Shown here piece by piece: positions 9,145 through 18,636 of a stretch of 20,000 nucleotides of DNA. Numbering within the stretch: position 1 is the first letter of the stretch; each line of letters starts with the position of its first letter. Source of the DNA: an uncultured virus (IMG/VR IMGVR_UViG_3300021958_000051) (Duplodnaviria; Heunggongvirae; Uroviricota; Caudoviricetes); IMG/VR virus record IMGVR_UViG_3300021958_000051, positions 52,234-72,233 of that record. One strand, 5' to 3'. The notes under the pieces are model-generated. The model did not search any database and was not told where the DNA came from. It worked only from the letters and a program-made list of their open reading frames with translations. The position numbers and the translations under genes are program-made.

Positions 9145-9169
9145 AAAAGTATAACACAAAGGAGTAAAA

Positions 9170-9772
9170 ATGCTTTGGACATTTAATACAGATCAAAGAA
9201 TTAAAGAATGTGAGTTAAGAGACAACCCAATTATTATCCGGGTAAATAAATTTGACGAACAAAGCGCACAAGAGTTTTGCACTAACATGTCTCTTGCGCA
9301 TTGTACAGGACAAGAAATCATACCTATCGTAATCGATTCATATGGTGGTCAAGTTTATAGCCTAATGAGGATGATTGGGGCAATTAAAGCATCTCGACTT
9401 CCTGTTGCAACAATTGTAGAAGGTAAAGCAATGAGTTGTGGGGCTATCTTGTTTTCTTTTGGCGAAGAAGGCAGAAGATATATGGATCCTCATGCAACTG
9501 TCATGATTCATGATGTTTCGTCTGGTGCAATTGGAAAAATTGAAGAAATCAAAGCAAACGCTAAAGAGTCAGAAAGGCTAAACGATCAAGTTTACGAAAT
9601 GATGGCACGTAATTGCGGTCAACCTGATGAATTCTTTAAAAATAAAGTCCATGAAATTGGTCATGCAGATCTCTATGTGCCACCAAAAGATGCAAAAGAA
9701 TGGAATCTGGCAAATCACCTAAGAATGCCAAAATTTGATATCAATATCAAAGTTGAGATGCAGTTTTCATAA
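9170..9772 (+). CDS. clpP: ClpP-family serine protease, proteolytic subunit
   Basis: IDSYGGQV (SPGG equivalent), GKAMSCGAIL (catalytic Ser), VMIHD (catalytic His), HADLY (likely catalytic Asp); strong RBS. Confidence 0.88.
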   Translation: MLWTFNTDQRIKECELRDNPIIIRVNKFDEQSAQEFCTNMSLAHCTGQEIIPIVIDSYGGQVYSLMRMIGAIKASRLPVATIVEGKAMSCGAILFSFGEEGRRYMDPHATVMIHDVSSGAIGKIEEIKANAKESERLNDQVYEMMARNCGQPDEFFKNKVHEIGHADLYVPPKDAKEWNLANHLRMPKFDINIKVEMQFS

Positions 9773-9815
9773 TAAATTAATCATATCCTCCTAATTATAA
9801 TAAAAGGGAGGAAAC

Positions 9816-10268
9816 ATGATTTCTGATTTATTATTAACATATATTGCTTGTACAAAAGCAACAGAAATGTGGTTCCATGCAGCTCATCACGTTACCAAAG
9901 GTAAAGGGTTTGCAGGGGACCACAATATTTTATATTCAAAAATATACGAATTGTTAGGCGATGACTATGATTCTTTAGTTGAAAAAGGTATCGGTCTTTT
10001 TGATGAAGAACAACTTGCTTGTCCTATATTAATATCTCAAATAGCATCTAAATTGTTGTCAAATTTCCAGTCTCCTGTTAATTGTAGTGATCATGAAATA
10101 GCAACAACAGGTTTACAGGTTTTAATTGATCATTTGCAAAGCTTAGAATACTTGTACGATGAGCTTGAAAATAGTGAATCGTTTACTATTGGATTTGATG
10201 ATCTTTTAGCTTCGATGGCAAATGAATATGAGAGATATATATACATGTTAAAACAACGTATTAAGTAG
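9816..10268 (+). CDS. Dps/ferritin-like four-helix-bundle protein
   Basis: HAAHHVTKGKGFAGDH..Y..IY....DDYDSLVE matches the Dps pattern H-W-x3-G-x2-F-x3-H...D-x3-E; C-terminal YERYIYML; RBS GGGAGG. Confidence 0.8.
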   Translation: MISDLLLTYIACTKATEMWFHAAHHVTKGKGFAGDHNILYSKIYELLGDDYDSLVEKGIGLFDEEQLACPILISQIASKLLSNFQSPVNCSDHEIATTGLQVLIDHLQSLEYLYDELENSESFTIGFDDLLASMANEYERYIYMLKQRIK

Positions 10269-10276
10269 GATAATAT

Positions 10277-11176
10277 ATGGCAATAGATAAGGTATTTTAT
10301 AACGAAGCTTCTGCAGCTAAATTAGGTTGGACACCTGAATGGTTTGGAGTCGAAGAATTTGATCAAAAGCTTGTAAAGGCAATTAGAGAATGGCAAAAAA
10401 AAGCAGGAATTACTCCTGATGGAATGTGTGGGCCTGGAACCCATAGAAGAATTATGGCAGAAAGATTGGCCAATATTGATGACTATGAGCCTGATTTAAT
10501 TCTTGAAAAAGATGAAAATTTTATTGTTCATCAAGGTAATTTTATTCCTATTGATTGGAAAAAAGTTGTTCTCTGGTCAGAACCCAATGGTTTGGCAATT
10601 GAAAAAGCTTATACACCTTATTTTGAAAAAAGAAAAATTAACATGTTTGTTAATCACTGGGACGTCTGTTTAGACTCTAAATCATGCGCAAGAGTTTTAA
10701 ATAATCGCGGCGTCTCAGTTCATTTCTGTATTGATAATGACGGAACAATATATCAACTACTTGATACAAATCATGCAGCGTGGCATGGAAGCACTAGAAA
10801 AGTTAATCATAGTTCAATTGGTGTAGAAATTGCCAATGCTTATTATCCAAAATATCAGTCTTGGTATAAGAAGAAAGGATTTGGAGAAAGACCTCTTATG
10901 GAAAATGCTGTTGTTCATGGAGGAAAACTTGATCCTTTTACTTGGTTTTATCCGGAACAAATTAAAGCCCTTCAGGCTTTATGGAAAGCAGTTCATGATG
11001 CAACAGGCATACCTTACGAATGTCCTGTAGACGCTAATGGAAATACATCAACAACAGTAGATAGAAAAGTAGCTGGCGGAACTTTTAAAGGTTTTGTTAG
11101 TCATTATCACGTGACAAAAAAGAAAATAGACTGTGCAGGATTAGATATCAAAAACTTGCTTAATGAAATTAAATAA
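10277..11176 (+). CDS. Endolysin: N-terminal peptidoglycan-binding domain plus Zn-dependent N-acetylmuramoyl-L-alanine amidase (Amidase_2)
   Basis: AIREWQKKAGITPDGMCGPGT (PG_binding_1-like); VNHWD, SVHFCIDNDGTIYQL, AWH, N..SIGVEI, SHYHV...KIDCAG (His/His/Cys Zn ligands as in T7 lysozyme-type amidases). Confidence 0.9.
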   Translation: MAIDKVFYNEASAAKLGWTPEWFGVEEFDQKLVKAIREWQKKAGITPDGMCGPGTHRRIMAERLANIDDYEPDLILEKDENFIVHQGNFIPIDWKKVVLWSEPNGLAIEKAYTPYFEKRKINMFVNHWDVCLDSKSCARVLNNRGVSVHFCIDNDGTIYQLLDTNHAAWHGSTRKVNHSSIGVEIANAYYPKYQSWYKKKGFGERPLMENAVVHGGKLDPFTWFYPEQIKALQALWKAVHDATGIPYECPVDANGNTSTTVDRKVAGGTFKGFVSHYHVTKKKIDCAGLDIKNLLNEIK

Positions 11177-11321
11177 AAGCAAGTCTAGGTTATAATTATT
11201 AAACGAGTAAATATTTGCTCATTTAAGTTTAGTTTGTTGAGTCATGAATGTTGCAGTTAGTCTTAGTTGAAAATATTAGTATGCGATGTTTTCTAAAATA
11301 TTTTTTAGGCAGAGGTAGATA

Positions 11322-14300
11322 GTGCCTAAAATTAATAGAAGAAAACTAAAAACTAATGACAAAATAATTGTAAAAGATAATTTCACAGGGGTTATAAGAA
11401 AAATAATCTTTCCCCACGAAACAGATTTTGGCATTGAAGGCGATTCAGAATTTGCTGAAAAAATTAGATTTTTTAACGGACTTAGTGGATCATTAACAAA
11501 CTTGACAGATGGTACGTCTTATTTAATTGCCGGTGCTGGAACTTCAATAACAACCGGTTCAAATGGCGCAATAACAATTGAAGTAGATGGAACTGGTGGT
11601 TCTGGTACAATAACAGGTGTCACGGCAGGATCTGGATTATCAGGTGGAGGAATATCTGGTGGAGTAACTCTTGATTTAGCCTTTGATGAACTATCATCAG
11701 TTACACCAACATTAAATGATACTTTAGCAACATTAGATTCTGACGAAACAACTCATCAGAGAACAACAATATCAGCATTGGCTACAATCCAAGCGGGGTC
11801 TGGTATTGGTTCAGATTCTGGGCAATTGATAGCTGACTTAAATAGTTTGACAGCAGGAACTGTTGTAGGTGCTGATTCTATTGCCTTTATTGATGCAGAT
11901 GATAATATAACAAAAAAAGATACAATAGGAGATTTTTTAACAGCGATCGCCGGGCCAGGTTTAGACGTATCAAGTAATCAATTAGTACCAGATTTAATTG
12001 AAGTAAGTTCTGCTGTAGTTGATGAGTCTGCTGATTATATTGTCATATTAGATTCAGATGATTCTTTTGCAACTAAAAGAGAAAGTATTGTTGATTTTAT
12101 GTCTGCAGTTGCAGGAACAGGACTTGCAGCTACATCCGGTCAATTATCAGTTGATTCTTCTGTTGTACCATTATTATCTACAGATAATACATTTACTGGC
12201 AATAATATATTTTCAAATGGTCTAACCGGATCATTACAAGAAGTTAGTGCAGGCAATCCTTATCTTTTAGCAGGTACAAATATTGTATTAAGTACTGCTT
12301 CAAATGGTCAAGTTACAATATCAGCAAGTGGTATTGCAGCCGGAGCCGCTGGATCTGATACTGAAATACAATTTAACGATGGTGGATCTTCATTAGGCTC
12401 AGATTCGACTTTTGTATTTGATAAAAATTCAAATACGTTAACGGTCCCTAACATGTCTGGATCTTTGACACAATTATCAGATGGAACATCTTATTTAATT
12501 CAATCCGGAGGAATTAGATTAACAACAGAATCAAATGGCTCAATTACAATATTTTCACCTGATTTTAACGTTGGGAATGGTTTAGATAGGAATGGAGATA
12601 CTTTAAGTGCAAACCTTAGGACAAATGGTGGACTAGAATTCTTTACTAATGAAATTCAAATTGATGATTCGATTGTTGCAACAATTAGTGGGTCTACTTT
12701 TACCGGCGCAGTTAATTTTAATCAAGGGTTGAGTGGCTCATTAACAAAATTAACAGATGGTTCATCTTATATTCAGGCAGGCGCAAACATACTTATAACG
12801 TCAGCATCGAATGGCGCTATTACAATAGCAGCAGCTACTGGCGGCGATTTAGGAACAATCACCGGCGTCACCGCCGGAACAGGTTTGACAGGCGGAGGTG
12901 CTAGCGGTATTGTAACGTTAAATATTGATAATTCTGTTGTTGCAACATTAACCGGTTCTATTTTTTCTGGAGACGTTGTAGCACAATCTGGTTTATCTGG
13001 GTCTTTACAAAGACTTTCAGATGGAACAACTAGATATTTGGTAGGTACAGGAAGTATAACTGTTTATACAGCTTCAAATGGTCAAGTTGTTGTAAGCGGA
13101 AGTGAATATACAGCCGGCACAGGTTTAAATTTAAATGGATATCAATTTTCAATAAATGATTCTGTTGTTGCTACATTAACCGGTTCACAATTTTCTGGAA
13201 ACATAGGCGTAACTGGGTCGATTGAAGCAACGTCATTTTTTAGCGGGTCAATGTTTAAAGCACCTGTTGTGTCAGGATCATTAACACAATTGCATGACGG
13301 AACTTCCTACCTAATAGCCGGTGCCAATATTTCAATAACAACCCAATCAAATGGTTCAATTATTATCACAGGTTCAGCTTCCGGTGGTGGAGGAGGCTCG
13401 ATCGGAGTTGTCTCCGGGTCAACTTCAATTGGGACAGTTTCAACGATCGCAGCATCAGACGGTTTTATTCTTAATGACGAAGGTAGTGGAAGAGCTGCCT
13501 TAACATCTTCAATTGGTATTGCTGAGGATGGCGATTACACAGATGGATTATTTACAGATTTCACGCCACAAACTCGATTAGGAATTGCAATTGACCGTTT
13601 TAATGAAATACTTAAACTTTTGGCACCTTCTCCTGCACCTGACCTGGATGATGTTGATGTTGATGTGGATGGAACAGATGCTTATCTTTCTTTTGGAACA
13701 TCAAATGACTTGGAAGGGGAAGGAACGCCTTATTACTCTGTTGATACAACAGCCGGTTTTTCTGCAGTCGATGTTAATGGTTTGTATCAAACAGCAACAA
13801 ACGGCAATAATTTAAGAGCAGCAATTTTTGCTGGAGCAACAAACATTGTAGGTGATCTAAATGAAGACGTTTCAGCTGATGGCACAAATTATCCGGAAAA
13901 TTCTTTTGGTAATGCAGATCAAGGTGAATTAAGACTAGAAATAAATGGAGCTGTAATTCACACAGTAGATTTAACTTCATTTACTGGCACCGGTGACCCA
14001 GGTAGCGGAACTGCTGTTACAAATTCAACTGGATCATGCTTTACTAATTTTTCTACTGCAGCCGATGGAACTTTAGACAATGGAACTGCATTTCCTAATT
14101 TTCAACATCGCACAGGAAAATATAAAATAATTGCAGCTGATCAAAGACAAGGATGGAATTATGCAAGAGTAATTCATGTTTATGGTTCAACAACAATTAC
14201 AACAAACTATATTGAATGGGTTAATGATGCTGATGCAAATGCATTGGCTGCTAGCGAAAACTCTTTGACATTTACCGGCGCAGGTTCTTTACACTTGTCA

Positions 14301-17084
14301 GGTATAGAATACTTTACCAACGGGTCAGCTGAATATTTAGTAAAAGTTGATAATGCGTATCGCAATATTTATGACACAACAAATATTTCATTTACTACCT
14401 CAACTGGTGGTTCTTTAAATACATCACCTAGTTTTTCAATTTCAGCACAATCAAAACCTACAATCGATACCGGTGCAGGAGAAGATCATACCAAAGCTCT
14501 GCACATCACAGGATCAGCATCAATAACAGCGACACAAATGTTGAGTGGTTCAATTACTGCTGGTGTCAGCGTAACGCATCCTTTGAAATCAAACCTGTCA
14601 AATTCAGGACAAGCTTCTGATGAAGGTATCCTTATATATAACCGGTCAAATACCTCAACAACATTAGTTGAAACGTTTTTAAGAGAAGATTATCGAATCA
14701 TATCAGGAGCTTACGATACACAGGCAAGCTTGACAGACGTTGGAAATGTATGGGATTCAACTGTACATATGACTGCATCAAATGGAGATCATACAAACGG
14801 ATTACAGTTTTTTAACCAACGTTTATATTCACCTACTAATACATTAAATAGCGGAGACTTTAGTACATTCTCAAACGGGCCCAGTGAAAACCCTGATTAT
14901 TCAGGAATTACAGGTCAGCGAACATTTTACAGGTGGTTTAGGAATACAACAGGATCGACCCAATATGATTTTTCAATTGCAATCAATGGATCCGGAACAA
15001 CCATTGTAAATGCTGCAACTGCCTTGAATAGCGGCCGAATTAGAGTTTTTGTAAAGTTTCCCTCAGATGGAACCAGAGAAACAGGATGGTTAGATCTAGC
15101 AACAGAATTTGTGCTTGATAGTTATGCAGATAATGATGGTGCTCACACAGCAAATGGAGGTTTATCTTTTGACTCAACCTTAAATGCAACAAATTACGTA
15201 ACTTTAGGTACAGTTGGTATTGGCAATAACGAATACATTGGATTAAGAATTGAAGCAGATGAAAGCTGGACAGGTTATGTAAGTCAAATCACAGTTTCTT
15301 TTGGTGCCGGAACAGGAACAATCACTGCAATACCTGATTTAGACGATATTGATTGTAATGATGACGGAACAGATTGCAATCTTTCATTTGGGTCTTCTAA
15401 GTCAATTACAGGTTATACTAATTCATCAACCGCAGCTGGCTTCACCGCGGTTGATCTTAACGGACTTTACCAAACAGCAACAAGCGGAAACAACTTAAGG
15501 CAGTCTGTGTTTCAACTCGATAGAATTGTCGAAGGTGATTTAAATGAAGATGTATCAGCAGTATCACCTGACTATGTTGCTAATAGCTTCTCAGATGCGA
15601 ACAGTGGTTCTCTGGCGCTTGAGGTTAATGGAAATACGGTTCATACTGTTGAAATAACAGGATCCTATAATCTAGTTGGTTCCGGAAACCCTGGGAGTGG
15701 AACCGGGACAAGCTTAAATGGGAATGGATCGGGTTTCTTTGATTTAAGTGTTTGGGCGCCTGCTGAATTTGATAATGATGTTCCTTATTATTTAGAAATA
15801 TATAGAACAGGCAAGTTTAGAGTTCATACTTCTGACCAAAGGAACGGTTGGAATTATGCACGTGTAGTTCACAGTGGATCTTGGGGTGCACGAGCAACAA
15901 ATTATGTTGAATGGGTAAATGATAATAATGCCGATGCACTAGGTTCAGCCGGCGTAGGAATAACATCTTTTGGTGATGATACATTTGCATATTCATCAGG
16001 TGTTAAGTTTTTTACATCGCCTTCTGGAAGTATTCTTTCTCGTATCTCAAACATTTATAAAAACGTTTATTCAGATAGCTCGAGCGCAATATCATTTATT
16101 AATCTTACAAATGCAACAGGTGCAAGAATAATTCAATCAGGATCAGGTTTATCATCAACAAAAAATACTGCATCTTCAACAGACTCATTGCAAACACTAA
16201 ATACAAATACAGATTCTCAAAACGAATTATTACACGTGTCTGGAACGGTTAATTTTAGTCAGTCAAAATCTTTACCTGGTGATTTTACAACTGCATATAA
16301 TTGTGCAGGTGGAATGAGATTTTTACATCCTTTTAAAACAACTCTAGACTTATCGACTCAAACCGCAACTGATCTTTTAGTTTGGACCCCTTCAGATACA
16401 TCATCTGTTAATTATAACGAGTATTTTACTGATGAAACCCATAGATTAGTTAGTGGATCATATGACACGCAAGCTAGCGTAACAGATTCCGGAAATGATT
16501 GGGATAGTGAAAATTCAATTAACGATACAGGTTCGTATCCTGCCTATGCAACAGGCATGCTGGTTTACGATACTTACATAATGTCTCCCAAGAAAGGTGG
16601 CTCATCTGGCGATTTTAGAAATAATGATGACGGTGGTTCAATTGAAGGCCCTGGCGGGAATCCAAATTATTCGACGCTGACAAACGGGACAAGAGAATAT
16701 TATAGAGGTTTTCTAAATCCAACAACAAATGATTTAGCAAGAATTACAATAATTCTTTATGGGTCTGGGACAATTGTCCCACTAACCACTTCCTTGGGGT
16801 CAAATGGAAACGTTCATGTAGAACTTAAAATCCCAGGTAAAACTGGATTTTTAGATTTAGGAACAGCATCTGCTGGATCTGGTAATATAAATGACGGTGA
16901 TGGTTGTCTTTTTGGTGATCCGGATGCAACAATAGATTCTGGTGGTGCAACAAACGTTTGTACGTTTAATGGAGCAACTGTTGATGGAACAGCCTCAGGA
17001 CAAGAGTATTTTGTAATAAAGATATCTGCTAGTGAAAACTGGACAGGTTATATTGACAGAATACAAGTGACGTGGAGTGGTTAA
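11322..17084 (+). CDS. 1920-aa giant virion structural / tail-fibre-like protein with internal repeats
   Basis: GTG start with GAGG RBS. Gly/Ser/Thr/Asp-rich, with TITGVTAGxGLxGG fibre-type motifs, six SGSL..L.DG.SY repeats and a tandem duplication of about 560-580 aa. Confidence 0.75.
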   Translation: MPKINRRKLKTNDKIIVKDNFTGVIRKIIFPHETDFGIEGDSEFAEKIRFFNGLSGSLTNLTDGTSYLIAGAGTSITTGSNGAITIEVDGTGGSGTITGVTAGSGLSGGGISGGVTLDLAFDELSSVTPTLNDTLATLDSDETTHQRTTISALATIQAGSGIGSDSGQLIADLNSLTAGTVVGADSIAFIDADDNITKKDTIGDFLTAIAGPGLDVSSNQLVPDLIEVSSAVVDESADYIVILDSDDSFATKRESIVDFMSAVAGTGLAATSGQLSVDSSVVPLLSTDNTFTGNNIFSNGLTGSLQEVSAGNPYLLAGTNIVLSTASNGQVTISASGIAAGAAGSDTEIQFNDGGSSLGSDSTFVFDKNSNTLTVPNMSGSLTQLSDGTSYLIQSGGIRLTTESNGSITIFSPDFNVGNGLDRNGDTLSANLRTNGGLEFFTNEIQIDDSIVATISGSTFTGAVNFNQGLSGSLTKLTDGSSYIQAGANILITSASNGAITIAAATGGDLGTITGVTAGTGLTGGGASGIVTLNIDNSVVATLTGSIFSGDVVAQSGLSGSLQRLSDGTTRYLVGTGSITVYTASNGQVVVSGSEYTAGTGLNLNGYQFSINDSVVATLTGSQFSGNIGVTGSIEATSFFSGSMFKAPVVSGSLTQLHDGTSYLIAGANISITTQSNGSIIITGSASGGGGGSIGVVSGSTSIGTVSTIAASDGFILNDEGSGRAALTSSIGIAEDGDYTDGLFTDFTPQTRLGIAIDRFNEILKLLAPSPAPDLDDVDVDVDGTDAYLSFGTSNDLEGEGTPYYSVDTTAGFSAVDVNGLYQTATNGNNLRAAIFAGATNIVGDLNEDVSADGTNYPENSFGNADQGELRLEINGAVIHTVDLTSFTGTGDPGSGTAVTNSTGSCFTNFSTAADGTLDNGTAFPNFQHRTGKYKIIAADQRQGWNYARVIHVYGSTTITTNYIEWVNDADANALAASENSLTFTGAGSLHLSGIEYFTNGSAEYLVKVDNAYRNIYDTTNISFTTSTGGSLNTSPSFSISAQSKPTIDTGAGEDHTKALHITGSASITATQMLSGSITAGVSVTHPLKSNLSNSGQASDEGILIYNRSNTSTTLVETFLREDYRIISGAYDTQASLTDVGNVWDSTVHMTASNGDHTNGLQFFNQRLYSPTNTLNSGDFSTFSNGPSENPDYSGITGQRTFYRWFRNTTGSTQYDFSIAINGSGTTIVNAATALNSGRIRVFVKFPSDGTRETGWLDLATEFVLDSYADNDGAHTANGGLSFDSTLNATNYVTLGTVGIGNNEYIGLRIEADESWTGYVSQITVSFGAGTGTITAIPDLDDIDCNDDGTDCNLSFGSSKSITGYTNSSTAAGFTAVDLNGLYQTATSGNNLRQSVFQLDRIVEGDLNEDVSAVSPDYVANSFSDANSGSLALEVNGNTVHTVEITGSYNLVGSGNPGSGTGTSLNGNGSGFFDLSVWAPAEFDNDVPYYLEIYRTGKFRVHTSDQRNGWNYARVVHSGSWGARATNYVEWVNDNNADALGSAGVGITSFGDDTFAYSSGVKFFTSPSGSILSRISNIYKNVYSDSSSAISFINLTNATGARIIQSGSGLSSTKNTASSTDSLQTLNTNTDSQNELLHVSGTVNFSQSKSLPGDFTTAYNCAGGMRFLHPFKTTLDLSTQTATDLLVWTPSDTSSVNYNEYFTDETHRLVSGSYDTQASVTDSGNDWDSENSINDTGSYPAYATGMLVYDTYIMSPKKGGSSGDFRNNDDGGSIEGPGGNPNYSTLTNGTREYYRGFLNPTTNDLARITIILYGSGTIVPLTTSLGSNGNVHVELKIPGKTGFLDLGTASAGSGNINDGDGCLFGDPDATIDSGGATNVCTFNGATVDGTASGQEYFVIKISASENWTGYIDRIQVTWSG
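11469..13370 (+). repeat. Six dispersed ~37-aa protein repeats (GLSGSLTxLxDGTSYLIAGxxIxITTxSNGxITI)
   Basis: Copies begin near nt 11469, 12210, 12447, 12717, 12981 and 13260, read directly from the translation. Confidence 0.85.
13638..17081 (+). repeat. Tandem intragenic duplication of a ~560-580-aa module
   Basis: Copy 1 13638-15305 (PDLDDVD...WTGYVSQITVSFG), copy 2 15333-17081 (PDLDDID...WTGYIDRIQVTWSG). Shared colinear motifs: TAAGFxAVDxNGLYQTAT, GDLNEDVSA, DQRxGWNYARV, TNYxEWVND, SGxYDTQAS. Confidence 0.9.
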
Positions 17085-18619
17085 TGGCAGGTAAAACCAA
17101 TACGTCGGCAACGTTTTTTGCTCAGAAAAAATTATTAGGTAAAGCTCATACCTCAAATCTTAAAACAGATGGTGAAGAACTTATTGGATCGAATATCCAA
17201 ACTGCGACATCACTTGTTTTTGGTGAAAAAATACCTTTGGCACCTGAAAGAACACTTTATCTTTTGCAATCTGCTTCTAATGATGACAATGCAACAGTAG
17301 AATATATACAATTCAATTTAGATGTATTGACAGGAACAACTTATGATGCAAATAATACAAATCCTGATGGAGGTGCAGGTTCTGATACAGGAGAAGATTC
17401 TCAAGTCGCAGGTCCTCATGCATATAAGTTTAGATTACCTTCTGACTATTCAAGTAGTACTTCAAATCCTAGGGCAGGCAATGGATTTTTTAATGATAGC
17501 GCACTCGTTCATGAAACATTAGGGATTGTTCAGTTAGTTCCGCCTTTCTTTTCGCAAGCTGCTCCTAATCCTTACATTGTTAAAATATATCAAGACGACG
17601 GTGGCGGCGGAGTTGGTAGTGAAATTCCGCTTCTTGATAATATTGATTGGAATGTAGACTTTTATAATGGGATTCTTTTTCTGCAAGACTATAATGCTTC
17701 AAAAATTCCAGCTTTCGCACGTGCATTTGCATATGTCGGAAAAATGGCAGAAGAAGTTATTGCATCTGGGTCTGGTGGATCTGGTGGCGGGGGTGGCTCT
17801 GGTGATGCTGCTGCAGAATATGTTTTAACAACTGCAACCGGTTCTTTGCCAAATGCCAAAGTTATTGAAGCAGGCACAGGTATCACAATCGTTACCGGTT
17901 CAAATTCAATTACAATATCATCATCAACATCAGCAATTAACGGTAGAGAAAAAACAACTTATTTTGTAACGTCATCACATACAGCCAATTCTGCTTTAAA
18001 CATATCTGGGCCGGATTTTTCAACTGTTCAATATGATACAAATAAAATTGATATTAATCTAAACGGTCAATTGCTGCATACTGGATCTTCTTCACAAGTA
18101 ATTGCAGGAGAAAGAGACTATTACTTATCCAATACTGGAAGTATTGTCTTTGGGTTTGATTTGGAAACAGATGACATTGTTGATACGATCATTAGTGTTG
18201 TAGGAGGTGGAAGCGGAGGAGGCGGCGGTGAAACAGCAGCATCTTATCTTGTTCTCGCAAATACAGGGTCTCTATCAAATGAACGAGCAATATCAATCGG
18301 TGCAGGATTAACTGCAACAGACGGCGGTGCTAACGGCAATTATTCTATTGTCAATAATAATGGCAATTATGTTTTTAACGAATATTTAGGACAAGGCAAT
18401 GGAACAAATACTTTATTTACACTCGATAATACACCAACAGCAAATAAAAACATTTCAATATTTGTTAACGGACTTTTGCAAATGCCGTCGACAGATATCA
18501 CGTCAGCACCTTTTCAAGACTATTCTGTTACCGGATCAAACATATACTTTACAACAGCATCTTTGCCTGATGCCGGCACAATTATTATGGCAAATTATAC
18601 AACAAACGACGCAATTTAA
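17084..18619 (+). CDS. Virion structural / tail-associated protein (~511 aa)
   Basis: ATG 17084 overlaps the upstream stop (TAATG) with GGAG RBS at 17074-17077. Gly-rich linkers, two A.YL.L...GSL.N.R/K.I..G.G repeats, and C-terminal tail-fibre-type domain GNGTNTLFTL...IFVNGLLQ...DYSVTGSNIYF...P..G..I...Y. Confidence 0.72.
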   Translation: MAGKTNTSATFFAQKKLLGKAHTSNLKTDGEELIGSNIQTATSLVFGEKIPLAPERTLYLLQSASNDDNATVEYIQFNLDVLTGTTYDANNTNPDGGAGSDTGEDSQVAGPHAYKFRLPSDYSSSTSNPRAGNGFFNDSALVHETLGIVQLVPPFFSQAAPNPYIVKIYQDDGGGGVGSEIPLLDNIDWNVDFYNGILFLQDYNASKIPAFARAFAYVGKMAEEVIASGSGGSGGGGGSGDAAAEYVLTTATGSLPNAKVIEAGTGITIVTGSNSITISSSTSAINGREKTTYFVTSSHTANSALNISGPDFSTVQYDTNKIDINLNGQLLHTGSSSQVIAGERDYYLSNTGSIVFGFDLETDDIVDTIISVVGGGSGGGGGETAASYLVLANTGSLSNERAISIGAGLTATDGGANGNYSIVNNNGNYVFNEYLGQGNGTNTLFTLDNTPTANKNISIFVNGLLQMPSTDITSAPFQDYSVTGSNIYFTTASLPDAGTIIMANYTTNDAI

Positions 18620-18636
18620 GGACAAGTGAGATAATT

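Noticed and set aside
11177..11321. CRISPR array or tRNA in the longer intergenic regions (also 18865-18976)
   Set aside because: No regularly spaced long direct repeats and no cloverleaf or T-loop consensus.
13638..17081. Diversity-generating retroelement template/variable repeat pair
   Set aside because: The duplicated copies are long, in frame and diverged at all base types rather than only adenines, and no reverse transcriptase is in the window.
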